A model generated the notes under the pieces. That model was not told the origin of the DNA. It saw nothing but the letters and a program-made list of their open reading frames with translations, and made no database searches. A stretch of 63,512 nt of DNA, counting the filler, from Octopus bimaculoides (taxonomy: Eukaryota), in assembly GCF_001194135.2 (NCBI RefSeq). It is 6 parts of 6 records of this genome, joined end to end, with 100 filler letters (N's around TTAATTAATTAA, not from the genome) between each part and the next. Parts side by side here need not be neighbours in the genome. Positions count along the whole stretch, not along the records: positions 1 to 21,362 come from NC_068991.1; positions 21,463 to 38,976 come from NC_069009.1; 4 more parts are not named here. One strand, 5' to 3'. Below, in pieces: positions 12,690 through 24,822 of the stretch; position 1 is the first letter of the stretch, and the number at the start of each line of letters is the position of its first letter. Both the position numbers and the translations under genes were made by a program.

Positions 12690-13426
12690 CTGAAATTTGA
12701 GAAAAATAATTGAACCTTTTGTTTACTATTCTTTCTAATGGTACCCTATATATGCATAAATACATGCATATGTATGTACGCGTGTGTGTGGGTGTACATG
12801 TGTGTGTGTGTGTGTGTGTGCGTGCGCACGTGCATGCATATGCGTATGTGCGGGCATGTATGTTTTCTACTCTTTGTATAAGGCTAAGTCTTTTGGCAAC
12901 TGGAAATAAAGTCAGACAGTTGCTGTGCTGATGACGACTATTGAGCCAGAAACACATGTCCACGACAGTGTTCTTATCTCCAGACAATAAGCTTGTCCAA
13001 TTGATAATGACATTTCAGTTTTGAAGAATCCTTTACTCCTGAAATTATTTCCTCATGAGCTGTCCAGAATTGCCATTTAGTAATTATGACTCTCCTTTAG
13101 AGACAGAGATAATTTTAAAAATCAAGAATCTATGTTCTTACTGTTTATATGTATAAATGTATATATTTATCGAAAGCATGAAGTTAAAAATGTATATAAT
13201 TTTATAACATGTAATATGTAATATGATATATAAATAATACAAAACCACATTAGAATATAAATCTTAGACAATAGTCATGATTCTTCTGTAATATAAGTTT
13301 TTACAAAAGAAAGACAAAGCAAAGAGAAAAAGAGTGGAATAAAAAAGAGAAAGTGGAGGGAGATAATAGAGGGAAAAAAACATCAATGCAGCACCAAGTG
13401 CTTCAATTGGTTACACACTACAAGGT

Positions 13427-13640
13427 TCATTGGAATCTAGTGAAGCAAGCCAACACACTCGCAACATTACTACAGGGGATGGCATAGCTAAGGCGTTGGA
13501 AAAGCCAAGCGCCTTCATGGGTATCACTTGACACCTCAGTGAGGCGAGCTGCCAATGATGACAAGAACTTCGTGGTCAGTAGCCCAGTCCCTTCAAATGT
13601 CTCAAATGCCACAGACTCGAAGAGATAGTTCACTGTCAGG
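13427..13640 (-). mobile_element. 3' remnant of an RLE-type (CRE/NeSL/R2-like) non-LTR retrotransposon
   Basis: YLFESVAFETFEG...LFQRLSYAIPCSNVASVL resembles the conserved F.P.A.ET.G...QRLS.AIQRGNA C-terminus. Confidence 0.7.
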
Positions 13641-13658
13641 TTATTTAACATACTTGTA

Positions 13659-13709
<51 letters not shown>

Positions 13710-14302
13710 TATCTGTAATAATGAAAGGGAAATTCTGTCTGTCCATCTGGGACCCCTGTATCTCAAGCTACATTTGCTCTACATAGACATATACCTTTTT
13801 GGAATCAGGATGATCCTGGGACTGAAAATCTGCCCTTCATTTGGTTCTAGAACATCCAGCATTGAAATCTGATTTAAAAGCATTTAGGTTGCTATTTCTA
13901 GCAGGTAAAGCTTGGCAGATTCACACCATCTTAGTGGCATTCATCAGATAATGTCAGAGATCAAGGAGGAGATAAATGACATTCACTTCGTTAATTTTAC
14001 GTCGAGATAAGAACTTTGGGACAAATTGGTCAACACTTGGAATTCAACTTGGGACTGGAACAATAGAATGATTGCATTACAGAATCAATTCTCATCCGCC
14101 CTTAACCTCTGATCAAACACAACCGGGGCATATAATCATTATAGATATATTATAGTCATGCTATTTAGCTCTCATTAGTTTTTAGCTGCAGGCCCAGTTA
14201 GCCCACGGAGTGTGGCTTTTAAGCTTAGTAGCTTATAAAACTGTTGAAATCGTTCAGCTGTTTAAGCTGTTGTCTAAGGAAGGTGTGGGGTGCAGAACGA
14301 GC

Positions 14303-14859
14303 GGATCTTGTTCAAAACGTGGGCACCAGTTTTCATTTATGTTTTATGTAGTATTTTTGGTACCGAAAGACTTTCAAACTTCGTATACTTATCTATTTTG
14401 TGTTATAGAACAGAAAAAAATTTTTGTATTCGAATNNNNNNNNNNNNNNNNNNNNNNNNNNNNNNNNNNNNNNNNNNNNNNNNNNNNNNNTAACCCTAAA
14501 ACTAACCCTAACTCTAGAATCCGAACTCTAAAATTGTTACACACATAGATACGCACAGCGTAATTTATTATATAAACAATATATGCGAATAAATTACGAT
14601 TAAACCGGATGAAATATGTCACAGTGAATAACATTTTTATGACCGGTTAGCAGTAACTCTATTCAGCTGAATAGACGTCAGTGATTGGTTGAAATTACAG
14701 AAATACGACAACTTTAACATGGAATAACTTGCGATGTACGTTTTTTTTGACAAGAAGACTAAGAGAAAAAGATGTTTTATATGACACATTCTACCAGTGT
14801 CCCAAGTTTCAAAGTGTTTCGTTAAGAAAATACTGGTGCCCCCCTTTTGAACTTGATCC
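14303..14859. mobile_element. Non-autonomous DNA transposon, GGATC...GATCC ends, perfect 8-bp TSD, internal TTAGGG-like repeats
   Basis: GAACGAGC at 14295-14302 and 14860-14867. ~25-bp terminal inverted repeat. Reverse complement of the 21927-22730 element. Confidence 0.88.
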
Positions 14860-15168
14860 GAACGAGCAACACTGAACTTAAATGAGAGGGGTACATACAT
14901 GCATACACCCATATCATACATACATACATACATGTACGCGTGCATACACACATAAACACACGTCTACTATCTATTATTACAGAAATGGTTTTGATCAAGC
15001 TTAAAAAAAAATTCTGGGTTCCATATAGCCATCTAAAAATTCAAGGTAGTGCCCCAGCATGGGGTAAAATATATTTTGGGGTCTATACATTCGACTAAAA
15101 ATTCTTAAACGAAAAAATAACCGAAAAATATACTGGTGGAGGAAGCTATAAAAATAGAACACACACGC

Positions 15169-15203
<35 letters not shown>

Positions 15204-16381
15204 CGTACACCCATTAGCTTCCTCTTCCACTTCGACACGTCAAACAGAACAAGTACAGAAGTGTTTACAGTTGACAAGATAACACGTGCTCACGGAAATT
15301 AACGAAGATAGTCGGCAACTCTGATACTGTAAACGAAAGATGGCCAAGAGTCAAGTAAGGGTAATAATTGAAATAAATACATTAAGAAAACCACGTTTAA
15401 GGCTGCCCACATTAAAATTAAGTTGCATGCAGGCTGAAATAGTGACAATTTATTTATTTACTAATTAGAAGACTGTTGCTTTTTTAAAAGGAAGTAAGCA
15501 AATCTGAAAATCGGCTATAATAATGTAGCCTTTCAGTCTCCTTGCTTTGAAGGTATGCTATTGTAGTGAAAAAAAAATTGAAGAAAAAGTTACAGAGGTT
15601 TAAATATCGAAAAAAAAAAAAAAAAAANNNNNNNNNNNNNNNNNNNNNNNNNNNNNNNNNNNNNNNNNNNNNNNNNNNNNNNNNNNNNNNNNNNNAAAAA
15701 AAGGGGGTATTTTTAGCCAATAAGCGAGACAGAAATTTTCTGCGTTTAGCGGAGTGGTGTCAACTTCAAGGTCGTACCCTGTGGAATTTATAGTTTAGCG
15801 TCTGACTTGTTCATTGTTTCTAAATAAACAGAAATATCTAATAAAATCAACATGTTACATCTTTGATTGTATGTTTTATGATTTTTTTAAATTTGTTATA
15901 TTAATACATTTGTCTGCATGTGTTTACTTTATGCGTACTTCAGTATTATGTATACCTAACATATATTTATGTACGAATACCTGTATCTTCTGTTTTTGCA
16001 TGCAGAATTCAAAAATAATGTCAAATTATCTGTATCACCCACAGTTTCTCTGTTCCACGATATCCCTCTCAGTTCCTGTTGCATGGGCTAAATTTCAGTT
16101 AAACTGTTGAAATGTGAAGCTAACAGTTTAAGAAATACTCTTAATTAAAATATTTATGAATAGAATTAACCTAATGAAATCATACATCCAGCTATCTGAG
16201 TCAATGAGTCCCAAAAATGTATGAAATGAAAACTATGTAAAAATACTAACACACAGAAAAATACCAATACACAGAAGCACAGAAAAAATATGTAATAACA
16301 CACAGAAAAATTAAAACAAAACATGCAGGTGAAATCAACATAGACAACAGCAGCACAAACTGAACCACAACACAGCGTGCG

Positions 16382-16395
16382 GTTGCCATGGTAAC
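16382..16395. promoter_or_regulatory. Near-palindromic RFX X-box
   Basis: GTTGCCATGGTAAC matches GTHNYY-AT-RRNAAC exactly, in a locally CpG-containing patch. Confidence 0.6.
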
Positions 16396-16799
16396 AAGCT
16401 GCGAATGCGACTGCCTGTTTATCGGCTAAAATTGCTCAAATTTCCCAAACATCAGATTCTTTAATTTACGAGATAAAGTAATTGGTTGATCGTAATCAAA
16501 ATAAAGAGTTGCATCGATACACTAAAATTGAATGCAATCTGAGCAAAATTAAAGAGGGGTCATTTTGCGAATGAGAAAGACTAGATCCGAAAAAATGAAC
16601 ATTAAATCACTTGCTAATAGATACAAAACCGAATTACAATAAGAATGCATGAGAGAAGATTGACCATCTCGACAAGAATAATAAACCAAGAATGCTTCGG
16701 GCTGGGAAAAAGTTTTTAGCTATTTACGAGAACAGCTACAAACGGTTAATTAGATGTAATTTTGGTTAATGTTTGCAATATTTCCCGGGAACGAAAAAA

Positions 16800-17197
16800 A
16801 AAATGGAACTTTCAAACTTGGGACACTGGTAGAATGTATCATATAAAACATCTTTTACTCTTAGTGTTGTTGAGAAAAGTTTATATTTTTAAAGTTATTT
16901 CGTGTTAAAGTTGTCGTATTTCGGTAATTTCAACCAATCACTGACGTCTATTGAGGTGAAAACAATTACTGCTGTGGATTGTCAGCGGACACCATTTTTT
17001 CGAGTTAGGGTTAGGGTTATGAATTTTTTTTGCCAAATTTGGTGAAAATCTGTTCAATACACCGCCACAAATTTTTCACGAAATTTCGCAAAAATACTCA
17101 TGACCCTAACCCAAACCGAACCCCAAAACCCTAAATCTAAAACCAGTACGAACGATGTCATAAATAACAGTACCTCCGATAGTTGTTGTTGACAAAC
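16800..17197. mobile_element. Relative of the 14303/21927 element (shared subterminal block and TTAGGG/CCCTAA repeats)
   Basis: aaacttgggacactggtagaatgt...caaccaatcactgacgtctatt is nearly identical to 21977-22115. Runs into a gap. Confidence 0.7.
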
Positions 17198-17297
17198 NNN
17201 NNNNNNNNNNNNNNNNNNNNNNNNNNNNNNNNNNNNNNNNNNNNNNNNNNNNNNNNNNNNNNNNNNNNNNNNNNNNNNNNNNNNNNNNNNNNNNNNN

Positions 17298-17511
17298 CAA
17301 TGTGCTCTTCGGCTAATTTGGCATAAAGATATTGATTCATTACGGGTTCGCTAAGTGCATACGATACATCTTCCAAAAAGTGAATAAAGAAAAATGAATA
17401 ATGCCTCCATGTTACTTTATCGACCAAAGAATCTTGATTTTCTATCTTTGTGTTATTGTCGTGTTTTTCTTCAACAGGTGTGAGATTATACGAATCCTTG
17501 CGTTCACCCAT
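17298..17511 (-). CDS. SLC46-like: SLC46/PCFT-like MFS transporter, first coding exon (N-terminus and TM1), truncated by assembly gap
   Basis: ATG at 17511. MGERKDSY...TWRHYSFFFIHFLEDVSYALSEPVMNQYLYAKLAEEHI; the P...QYLY motif after TM1 is typical of SLC46. The frame runs into 100 Ns. Confidence 0.8.
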
Positions 17512-18156
17512 TATGGTTTAAGTCAAAGTAGCTGAATAAGCTTAACCGAAAGAGAAATTCTAAGTTTAGTTGTTCTGAGATCAGCACCGGTCTATTGCTG
17601 AATATTGTTGACTAGAATGAATTGATACCGATTATAAACACGAGTGGTTCCTCACATGTAAAGATAAAGCTAACAGCCGCAAAGAAATCATCATCTTGCA
17701 GATACATGGACATTACGAAATCTTTGCGTTGCTTATTCTTAGAGATAGGATTAAGATGAATTTGTAAATACTTTGGTGAAGTTGCTTGGTTACTGATCTA
17801 ACATTGATTACATTGCTTGTCTGATTTCTTAATGATTTGATTCGATTACCTGATAAGAAAATATAGATTACCAGATAAGAATTATCAGTATGAACAAGGA
17901 ATTCCTACATTCACTAGTTTTCAGCAAAAATAAGAGAAATTGCGCAGTATTACAGTAATAGTACAAGATTTGTCCCAGTATAACCTCAACCAATTGAATA
18001 AGTCCAAAGACACACAAGCATACACGCACCCATATAAGCATGCGCACACACACACACACATACACACACATACACACATACATATAAGCATAGATACACA
18101 CACACATACATATAAGCATAGACACACATACATACACAAACATATAAGCATACACA

Positions 18157-18191
<35 letters not shown>

Positions 18192-18457
18192 ATTTTTATA
18201 CATAAATGGATAATAGGAGTGCCGCGAAATTACCGTGGAGGAGTGGAAATCTAACGTATCGGACGATGTACTTCTTCAAGGGAAGAGTTGAAAGAAAAGA
18301 AATTAATAGGGCCTGCAGAGTTTTACCATCTCTTAAGTTTTTTGTTTTTTTTTAACTTAGGCTGTCTCTCATTAATTTCTCTCCTTAAACTTTGTTCGAT
18401 TGTTCGATCATTGTATGTATATATATATACATACATAAACACGAACACGCACGCACA

Positions 18458-18511
<54 letters not shown>

Positions 18512-18999
18512 NNNNNNNNNNNNNNNNNNNNNNNNNNNNNNNNNNNNNNNNNNNNNNNNNNNNNNNNNNNNNNNNNNNNNNNNNNNNNNNNNNNNNNNNN
18601 NNNNNNNNNNNNNNNNNNNNNNNNNNNNNNNNNNNNNNNNNNNNNNNNNNNNNNNNNNNNNNNNNNNNNNNNNNNNNNNNNNNNNNNNNNNNNNNNNNNN
18701 NNNNNNNNNNNNNNNNNNNNNNNNNNNNNNNNNNNNNNNNNNNNNNNNNNNNNNNNNNNNNNNNNNNNNNNNNNNNNNNNNNNNNNNNNNNNNNNNNNNN
18801 NNNNNNNNNNNNNNNNNNNNNNNNNNNNNNNNNNNNNNNNNNNNNNNNNNNNNNNNNNNNNNNNNNNNNNNNNNNNNNNNNNNNNNNNNNNNNNNNNNNN
18901 NNNNNNNNNNNNNNNNNNNNNNNNNNNNNNNNNNNNNNNNTGTCCAGAAAGTTCTGAGCGTTTTTGTAATACACAAATAGGTATATAAATGATTGACTT

Positions 19000-20030
19000 T
19001 TCAACAAATTCTATTCAATGAATTAATTTCCATAATTATTAATGACCTTTGCCCATCTATCAGGCAACTTAAATATTCCATCAGTATAAAATCTGACTGG
19101 TTTTGAAGAAAAAACTTTATCTAGATGCATTTTGACTCCATCAAATTGTCAAATGTTTTCCCTTGCAATGAGTTCTGTAGAGACAAAAACAGGTGCTCGT
19201 CGGATGGCCCAATATCAGAATATGGTGGATGTGGTAAGAGATCCCAGCCAAGTTCATGTAACTTTGTTCGGGTTGCCAAATACACATGTGGTCGGGTATT
19301 GTCTTGTTGGAACACTAGCTCTTTCCTGTTGGCAAATTCCGGTCTCAATTCTTTGATTTTTTTGGTTCAAATTATCCAGCTGACGACAATACACATCAGA
19401 ATTAATGAACTGATTTTGTGGGAAAAGCTCATAATAATAATGCCTTTATGATCCCACCAAACACAAAGCATAGCATTTTTGGCATGGATATCCATTTTGA
19501 TTGTTGTTTTGGGGGATCATTACGCAAACTACTGGATCTATTTCGCACTACGTTTTCGTACACAACCCATTTTTCATCTCCAGTCACAAGTTGTTTAAAA
19601 ACAGGCATGCTTTCATTCTGTTTCAAAAGCATATCACAAACGGGATACCAGTCCAAACAATTCTTTTCTGAGAGTTTGTGGGGGAATCATACATTATAGC
19701 GAGAAATGTATCCTAGCTTTACTAGGTGTTCATGAGCCGTACCTTTAGAAACTTCCAACTCCTCTGCAAGTTCTCTAGTCGTGATATTTCAGTTTTCTTC
19801 GATTTTTGCCTTCAAAACATCTTCATCCAATTTTGAAGGTCTTCCATTGCAACTGTCATCTTCCAAACTAAACTCTCCGGCTTTAAATTTTGCAAAGCAC
19901 CTTCGAACAGTTGATTCATCTACAGCACCATCACCATCACCATCACCATCACAAACGTTTTTGCAAGTTTTTGCAGCATTATAACGCAAATATGAAATTT
20001 TTGATTATACATTTCAAATGTCAATAAAGG
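19000..20030 (-). mobile_element. mariner (DD34D-type) transposon remnant
   Basis: HTH part STVRRCFAKFKAGEFSLED...GRP, then VTGDEKWVVY, FQQDNTRPH...HPPYS-DIGPSD and DGIFKLPDRWAKVI, in shifting frames. Confidence 0.92.
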
Positions 20031-20815
20031 CAACCCTAATGAAAGATAAATTTATTTTTAGTCAGGAACAAAGAAGAGATGCACTACTACTTCAAGCAAT
20101 TCCAAAGTTTTAACTGTGTTCCGTTTCAGACGTGTTCNNNNNNNNNNNNNNNNNNNNNNNNNNNNNNNNNNNNNNNNNNNNNNNNNNNNNNNNNNNNNNN
20201 NNNNNNNNNNNNNNNNNNNNNNNNNNNNNNNNNNNNNNNNNNNNNNNNNNNNNNNNNNNNNNNNNNNNNNNNNNNNNNNNNNNNNNNNNNNNNNNNNNNN
20301 NNNNNNNNNNNNNNNNNNNNNNNNNNNNNNNNNNNNNNNNNNNNNNNNNNNNNNNNNNNNNNNNNNNNNNNNNNNNNNNNNNNNNNNNNNNNNNNNNNNN
20401 NNNNNNNNNNNNNNNNNNNNNNNNNNNNNNNNNNNNNNNNNNNNNNNNNNNNNNNNNNNNNNNNNNNNNNNNNNNNNNNNNNNNNNNNNNNNNNNNNNNN
20501 NNNNNNNNNNNNNNNNNNNNNNNNNNNNNNNNNNNNNNNNNNNNNNNNNNNNNNNNNNNNNNNNNNNNNNNNNNNNNNNNNNNNNNNNNNNNNNNNNNNN
20601 NNNNNNNNNNNNNNNNNNNNNNNNNNNNNNNNNNNNNNNNNNNNNNNNNNNNNNNNNNNNNNNNNNNNNNNNNNNNNNNNNNNNNNNNNNNNNNNNNNNN
20701 NNNNNNNNNNNNNNNNNNNNNNNNNNNNNNNNNNNNNNNNNNNNNNNNNNNNNNNNNNNNNNNNNNNNNNNNNNNNNNNNNNNNNNNNNNNNNNNNNNNN
20801 NNNNNNNNNNNNNNN

Positions 20816-21290
20816 AAGCATATTCATGGCCCATTTTTCTTTGAGGGTAATGTGACCGGTAATGTTTATCTGCAAATGCTTCAGAACTTGCTAATGGATG
20901 AACTCATTGCAAATGAACATGAAGACTTCATTTTTCAACAGGACGGGGCTCCACCTCACTGGAAGCTGACTCTGCGGGCTTATCTCAATGACAATCTGCG
21001 AGGGAGACGGATCGCGCGTGCTGATGATGAAGACAATGTGCTGTTGAAATGGCCGCCACGTTCACCTGACCTGACACCTTGCAATTCTTTTTTCTCTGGG
21101 GCTATGTGAAGGGCCTGGTCTATGTCCCACCTATTCCTGCAAACCTAGAGGAACTCGAGCAGAGAATCACTACCGCACTGGAGACTGTTACCCAAGACAT
21201 GCTGCAGTGTCTTTGGAAGGAACTGGACTACTGACTTGACGTGTGCCGTGTCTCAAGCAGTGCGCATATTGAACATTTGTGAAATTGTTC
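20816..21290 (+). mobile_element. rosa/DD41D-group Tc1/mariner transposase remnant
   Basis: HGPFFFEGNVTGNVYLQML...FQQDGAPPHW...WPPRSPDLTPCN, frameshift, then WGYVKGLVY...IEHL. The 5' part is in a gap. Confidence 0.88.
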
Positions 21291-21926
21291 ATGGAATCTA
21301 CTAACCTTTGGATTTCTCATTCAAATTTGGAGGAATAAATTTTATGTTACTCAACATTAAGCNNNNNNNNNNNNNNNNNNNNNNNNNNNNNNNNNNNNNN
21401 NNNNNNTTAATTAATTAANNNNNNNNNNNNNNNNNNNNNNNNNNNNNNNNNNNNNNNNNNNNGAACCCTGCTGTACTCTTTCACCACAACTTTCTCTCAC
21501 ACTTACTTCCTGTTTCTGTTGCGCCTGTAATTCGAAGGGTCACCCTTGTCACACTGTGTCACGCTGAATATCCCCCAAGAACTACGTTAAGTGTACACGT
21601 GTCTGTGGAGTGCTCAGCCACTTACACGTTAATTTCATGAGCAGGCTGTTCCGTTGATCGGATCAACTGGGACCCTCGACGTCGTAAGCGACGGAGTGCC
21701 AACACAAATGTCTCGATAACATGCATAAGCATTTGTCATGGTAATAGAAACTTTTGTATTTCGTTCAATATTTGGATCTTGTGCTTGCAAAATAAAACTC
21801 ATAAACCCAGAGTCTCATAACGTGGGTCCTCGCAAAGGTAAGGTATTACTGTATTTCAGTAATTTTTATTAAAACTATCAGTAAGTGATGGTCACTAATG
21901 TAGATATAGTTGTGGTTAGAAAATTG

Positions 21927-22730
21927 GGATCTAGTTCAAAACGGGGGCACCCGTATTTTCTTAACGAAACACTTTGAAACTTGGGACACTGGTAGAATGT
22001 GTCGTATAAAACATCTTTTACTCTTAGTCTTCTTAACAAAAAAACCTACATCGCAAGTTATTTCATGTTAAAGTTGTCGTATTTCTGTAATTTCAACCAA
22101 CCACTGACGTCTATTNNNNNNNNNNNNNNNNNNNNNNNNNNNNNNNNNNNNNNNNNNNNNNNNNNNNNNNNNNNNNNNNNNNNNNNNNNNNNNNNNNNNN
22201 NNNNNNNNNNNNNNNNNNNNNNNNNNNNNNNNNNNNNNNNNNNNNNNNNNNNNNNNNNNNNNNNNNNNNNNNNNNNNNNCAATAGAGTTACTGCTGGGCG
22301 GTCATAAAAATGTTATTCCCTGTGACATATTTCATCCGGTTTAATCGTAATTTATACACATATATTGTTTATATAATAAATTACGCTGCGCGTATCTATG
22401 TGTGTAACAATTTTAGAGTTCGGATTCTAGAGTTAGGGTTAGTTTTAGGGTTAAGGTTACGGTTAACAGTCTAGTTAGGGTTAGGGTTAGGGGATTAATA
22501 TGATATACACCGTTACAGCGCTAACTGTTTTCAACTGAATAGACGTTAGTGATTAGTAGAAATTATCGAAATAAGACAATTTTTTTACATGAAATAAATT
22601 CGAATACAAAAATTTTTTTCTGTTCTATAACACAAAATAGATAAGTATACGAAGTTTGAAAGTCTTTCGGTACCAAAAACACTACATAAAACATTAATGA
22701 AAACTGGTGCCCCCGTTTTGAAATAGATCC
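21927..22730. mobile_element. Second copy of the GGATC-ended element, opposite orientation to 14303-14859
   Basis: ggatctagttcaaaacgggggcacc ... ggtgcccccgttttgaaatagatcc. Flanks gaaaattg / ctaaattg (6/8 match). TTAGGG repeats at ~22432-22492. Confidence 0.88.
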
Positions 22731-22828
22731 CTAAATTGCTCTCACACCCTATCATATCTTTTCATGTGTAAATACATTTATTGTTATATAAAATATTGCT
22801 TTTACAAAAACCCTTCTGATGTTGACAG

Positions 22829-23812
22829 TTATTCTTCTGTGTGACTACACACATGCGTAGTCAACTGTCTTTTTCGAACAAATGATTTGCTGCAGACATC
22901 ACAGTGATAAGGCTTCTCCCCTGTATGAATGTGCTTATGTTCGATTAAATGAAAATTTCGAGAGAATGATTTACCACAAATATCACAACAATATGGCTTC
23001 TCTCCTGTATGAGTTTGTTTGTGTTCAATCAAAGTATGATTTCGAGAGAATGATTTACCACAGATATCGCAATAGTATGGTTTATCTTCTGTATGTATGT
23101 GTTTGTGTTTGGTTAAATGATGATTTTCAGAAAATGATTTACCACAGATATCACAGTGATAAGGTTTATCTCCTGTATGAATACGTCTATGTTCAGTCAA
23201 ATTACCTTTCTGAGAGAATGATTTACCACAGATATCACAGCCATGTGGCTTCTCACCTGTATGAAGACGTACATGTGTACTTAGGCTACTGCTTGTAGAT
23301 AACGATTTGCCACAGATGTCGCAGGTGTATGGTTTCTCTCCAGTATGACTGCGTATGTGTTTTGTTAAGCTACTACTTGTAGAGAATGATTTACTACAGA
23401 TATTACAGTGATATGGTTTATCTCCTGTATGGATACGCATATGTTCAGTTAAGTTATGGCTTCGAGAGAATGATTTACTACAGATATCACAGTGATGTGG
23501 TTTCTCTCCTGTATGTATTTGTTTGTGTACAGTTAAGCTATTTCCTTCAGAGAATGAAATACCACAGATATCACAGTGATATGGTTTCTCTCCTGTATGA
23601 ATGCGTATGTGAATAGTTAAGGTACTTTTCTGAGTGAATGATTTACCACAGATATCACAGTGATATGGCTTCTCTCCTGTATGAATGTGTTTGTGTTCGG
23701 TTAAGTGGTGAGTTCGAGAGAATGATTTATCACAGACGTCACAATGATATGGCTTATCCTTTCTGTGAATAAGTTTGTTAGTAGTGAGGCCATCTTTTTG
23801 AGAGAATGACAT
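22829..23812 (-). CDS. C2H2 zinc-finger protein, 327 aa, 11 intact fingers plus a degenerate N-terminal finger, no effector domain (ZNF-A)
   Basis: Uninterrupted ORF of C-x2-C-x12-H-x3-H units with TGEKP/TGDKP linkers. AATAAA on the minus strand at 22777-22782. Confidence 0.95.
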   Translation of the reverse strand: MSFSQKDGLTTNKLIHRKDKPYHCDVCDKSFSRTHHLTEHKHIHTGEKPYHCDICGKSFTQKSTLTIHIRIHTGEKPYHCDICGISFSEGNSLTVHKQIHTGEKPHHCDICSKSFSRSHNLTEHMRIHTGDKPYHCNICSKSFSTSSSLTKHIRSHTGEKPYTCDICGKSLSTSSSLSTHVRLHTGEKPHGCDICGKSFSQKGNLTEHRRIHTGDKPYHCDICGKSFSENHHLTKHKHIHTEDKPYYCDICGKSFSRNHTLIEHKQTHTGEKPYCCDICGKSFSRNFHLIEHKHIHTGEKPYHCDVCSKSFVRKRQLTTHVCSHTEE

Positions 23813-24568
23813 TTTACAAATACTACAGTGTTATATTTTCCCAATATTTTTTGACATCAATCAATCCACTGTGGTTTTTATTCAACCATATTCTCACACA
23901 AATGTTTATCTAATTTTCCTTCCTATCACAATATATATTTTCATTTTCAAATGTTTATATATTTTATTCCAAATATTTTCTCTGTTACATTTCCATCAAC
24001 TGCAGTCTTTGTTAATATTTGTAGATGTTGCAAACTCCTTCATAATCCGATTTTAATTAGAATCAAAAATCATCTTGTATACATTCCTGTCAATAAAACA
24101 GAGACATTTTACAATTAATTTCAGTACATAGAAAATGTTTCACTGTAATTCTACTTGGAAACAGGTAAGGGCTGGCAACAACAAAACTGGGAAATCAGAG
24201 TGCAAGGAAGGCATTGGCCCCTCTTTACCCATGCCCCACCTAAAAAAGACATATTATACCTTATGGGAATCAGGGTGATCCTGGGATTGAAAATCTGCCC
24301 TTCATTTGGTTCTTGAACATCCAGCATTGAGCTCAGGACTGGTTGAGGATTTATTGTGTGCTAACAGTTGAACATTCAAATTTAAAAAAAACAAAAAACT
24401 CCCAAAATTTGTGAACCTACAAGTTTTTCATTTAAACTGAATTTAAAGTAATACCATATTGGTAGGGTACCACTAAATGCTTTATTATTATTGCTAATCA
24501 TGGGGAAGTAATTCAGACGCTCAGACGCTATAAGAAAACGAGATGTCAGTGTTAACATATTTAACAGC

Positions 24569-24822
24569 CTGTCCGATCCACATGGTTTCGGGTTCAATTG
24601 CACTGCATGAAACGTTAGTTACGTGTCTACTGCTATATCTCTGGGTCAATCAAAGTCTTGGTGCGTGAGTGAGTCTTTGTGTTTGCGTACATTCCAGTAA
24701 CTTAACAGTTTGGCAATAGAATAAGTACCCAGGCTTAAAAAACACAATGGGGTAGATTCGTTTGACTGAAACCCTCTAGGGTGGTACCCCAACATGGCTG
24801 CAGTAAAGCAAGTAAAAAGGGT
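24569..24822 (+). mobile_element. Degenerate SINE family A copy
   Basis: gggttcaattgcactgc head and aatagaataagtac...caacatggctgcagt tail resemble 27616-28025. Confidence 0.6.

Noticed and set aside
13770-13865. Similarity to 24250-24335
   Set aside because: Short dispersed repeat fragment with no structure linking it to the genes.
21363-21462. TTAATTAATTAA between two runs of 44 N; also at 39021, 50753, 53359 and 61481
   Set aside because: Synthetic 100-bp scaffolding spacer with stops in all six frames, not biology. Contig order across these joins is less certain.
22116-22279. 164-N gap in the MITE suggesting a large insert
   Set aside because: The other copy shows only a few bases here (centre of the CTATTCAGCTGAATAG palindrome), so it is probably a hairpin-induced gap.
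22432-22492. TTAGGG repeats as an interstitial telomere or fusion scar; also at ~1936 and ~17005
   Set aside because: Short, degenerate and located inside dispersed elements.
22882-23616. Plus-strand ORFs with repeating MIYHRYHSD motifs
   Set aside because: Antisense shadow of the 84-nt zinc-finger periodicity.
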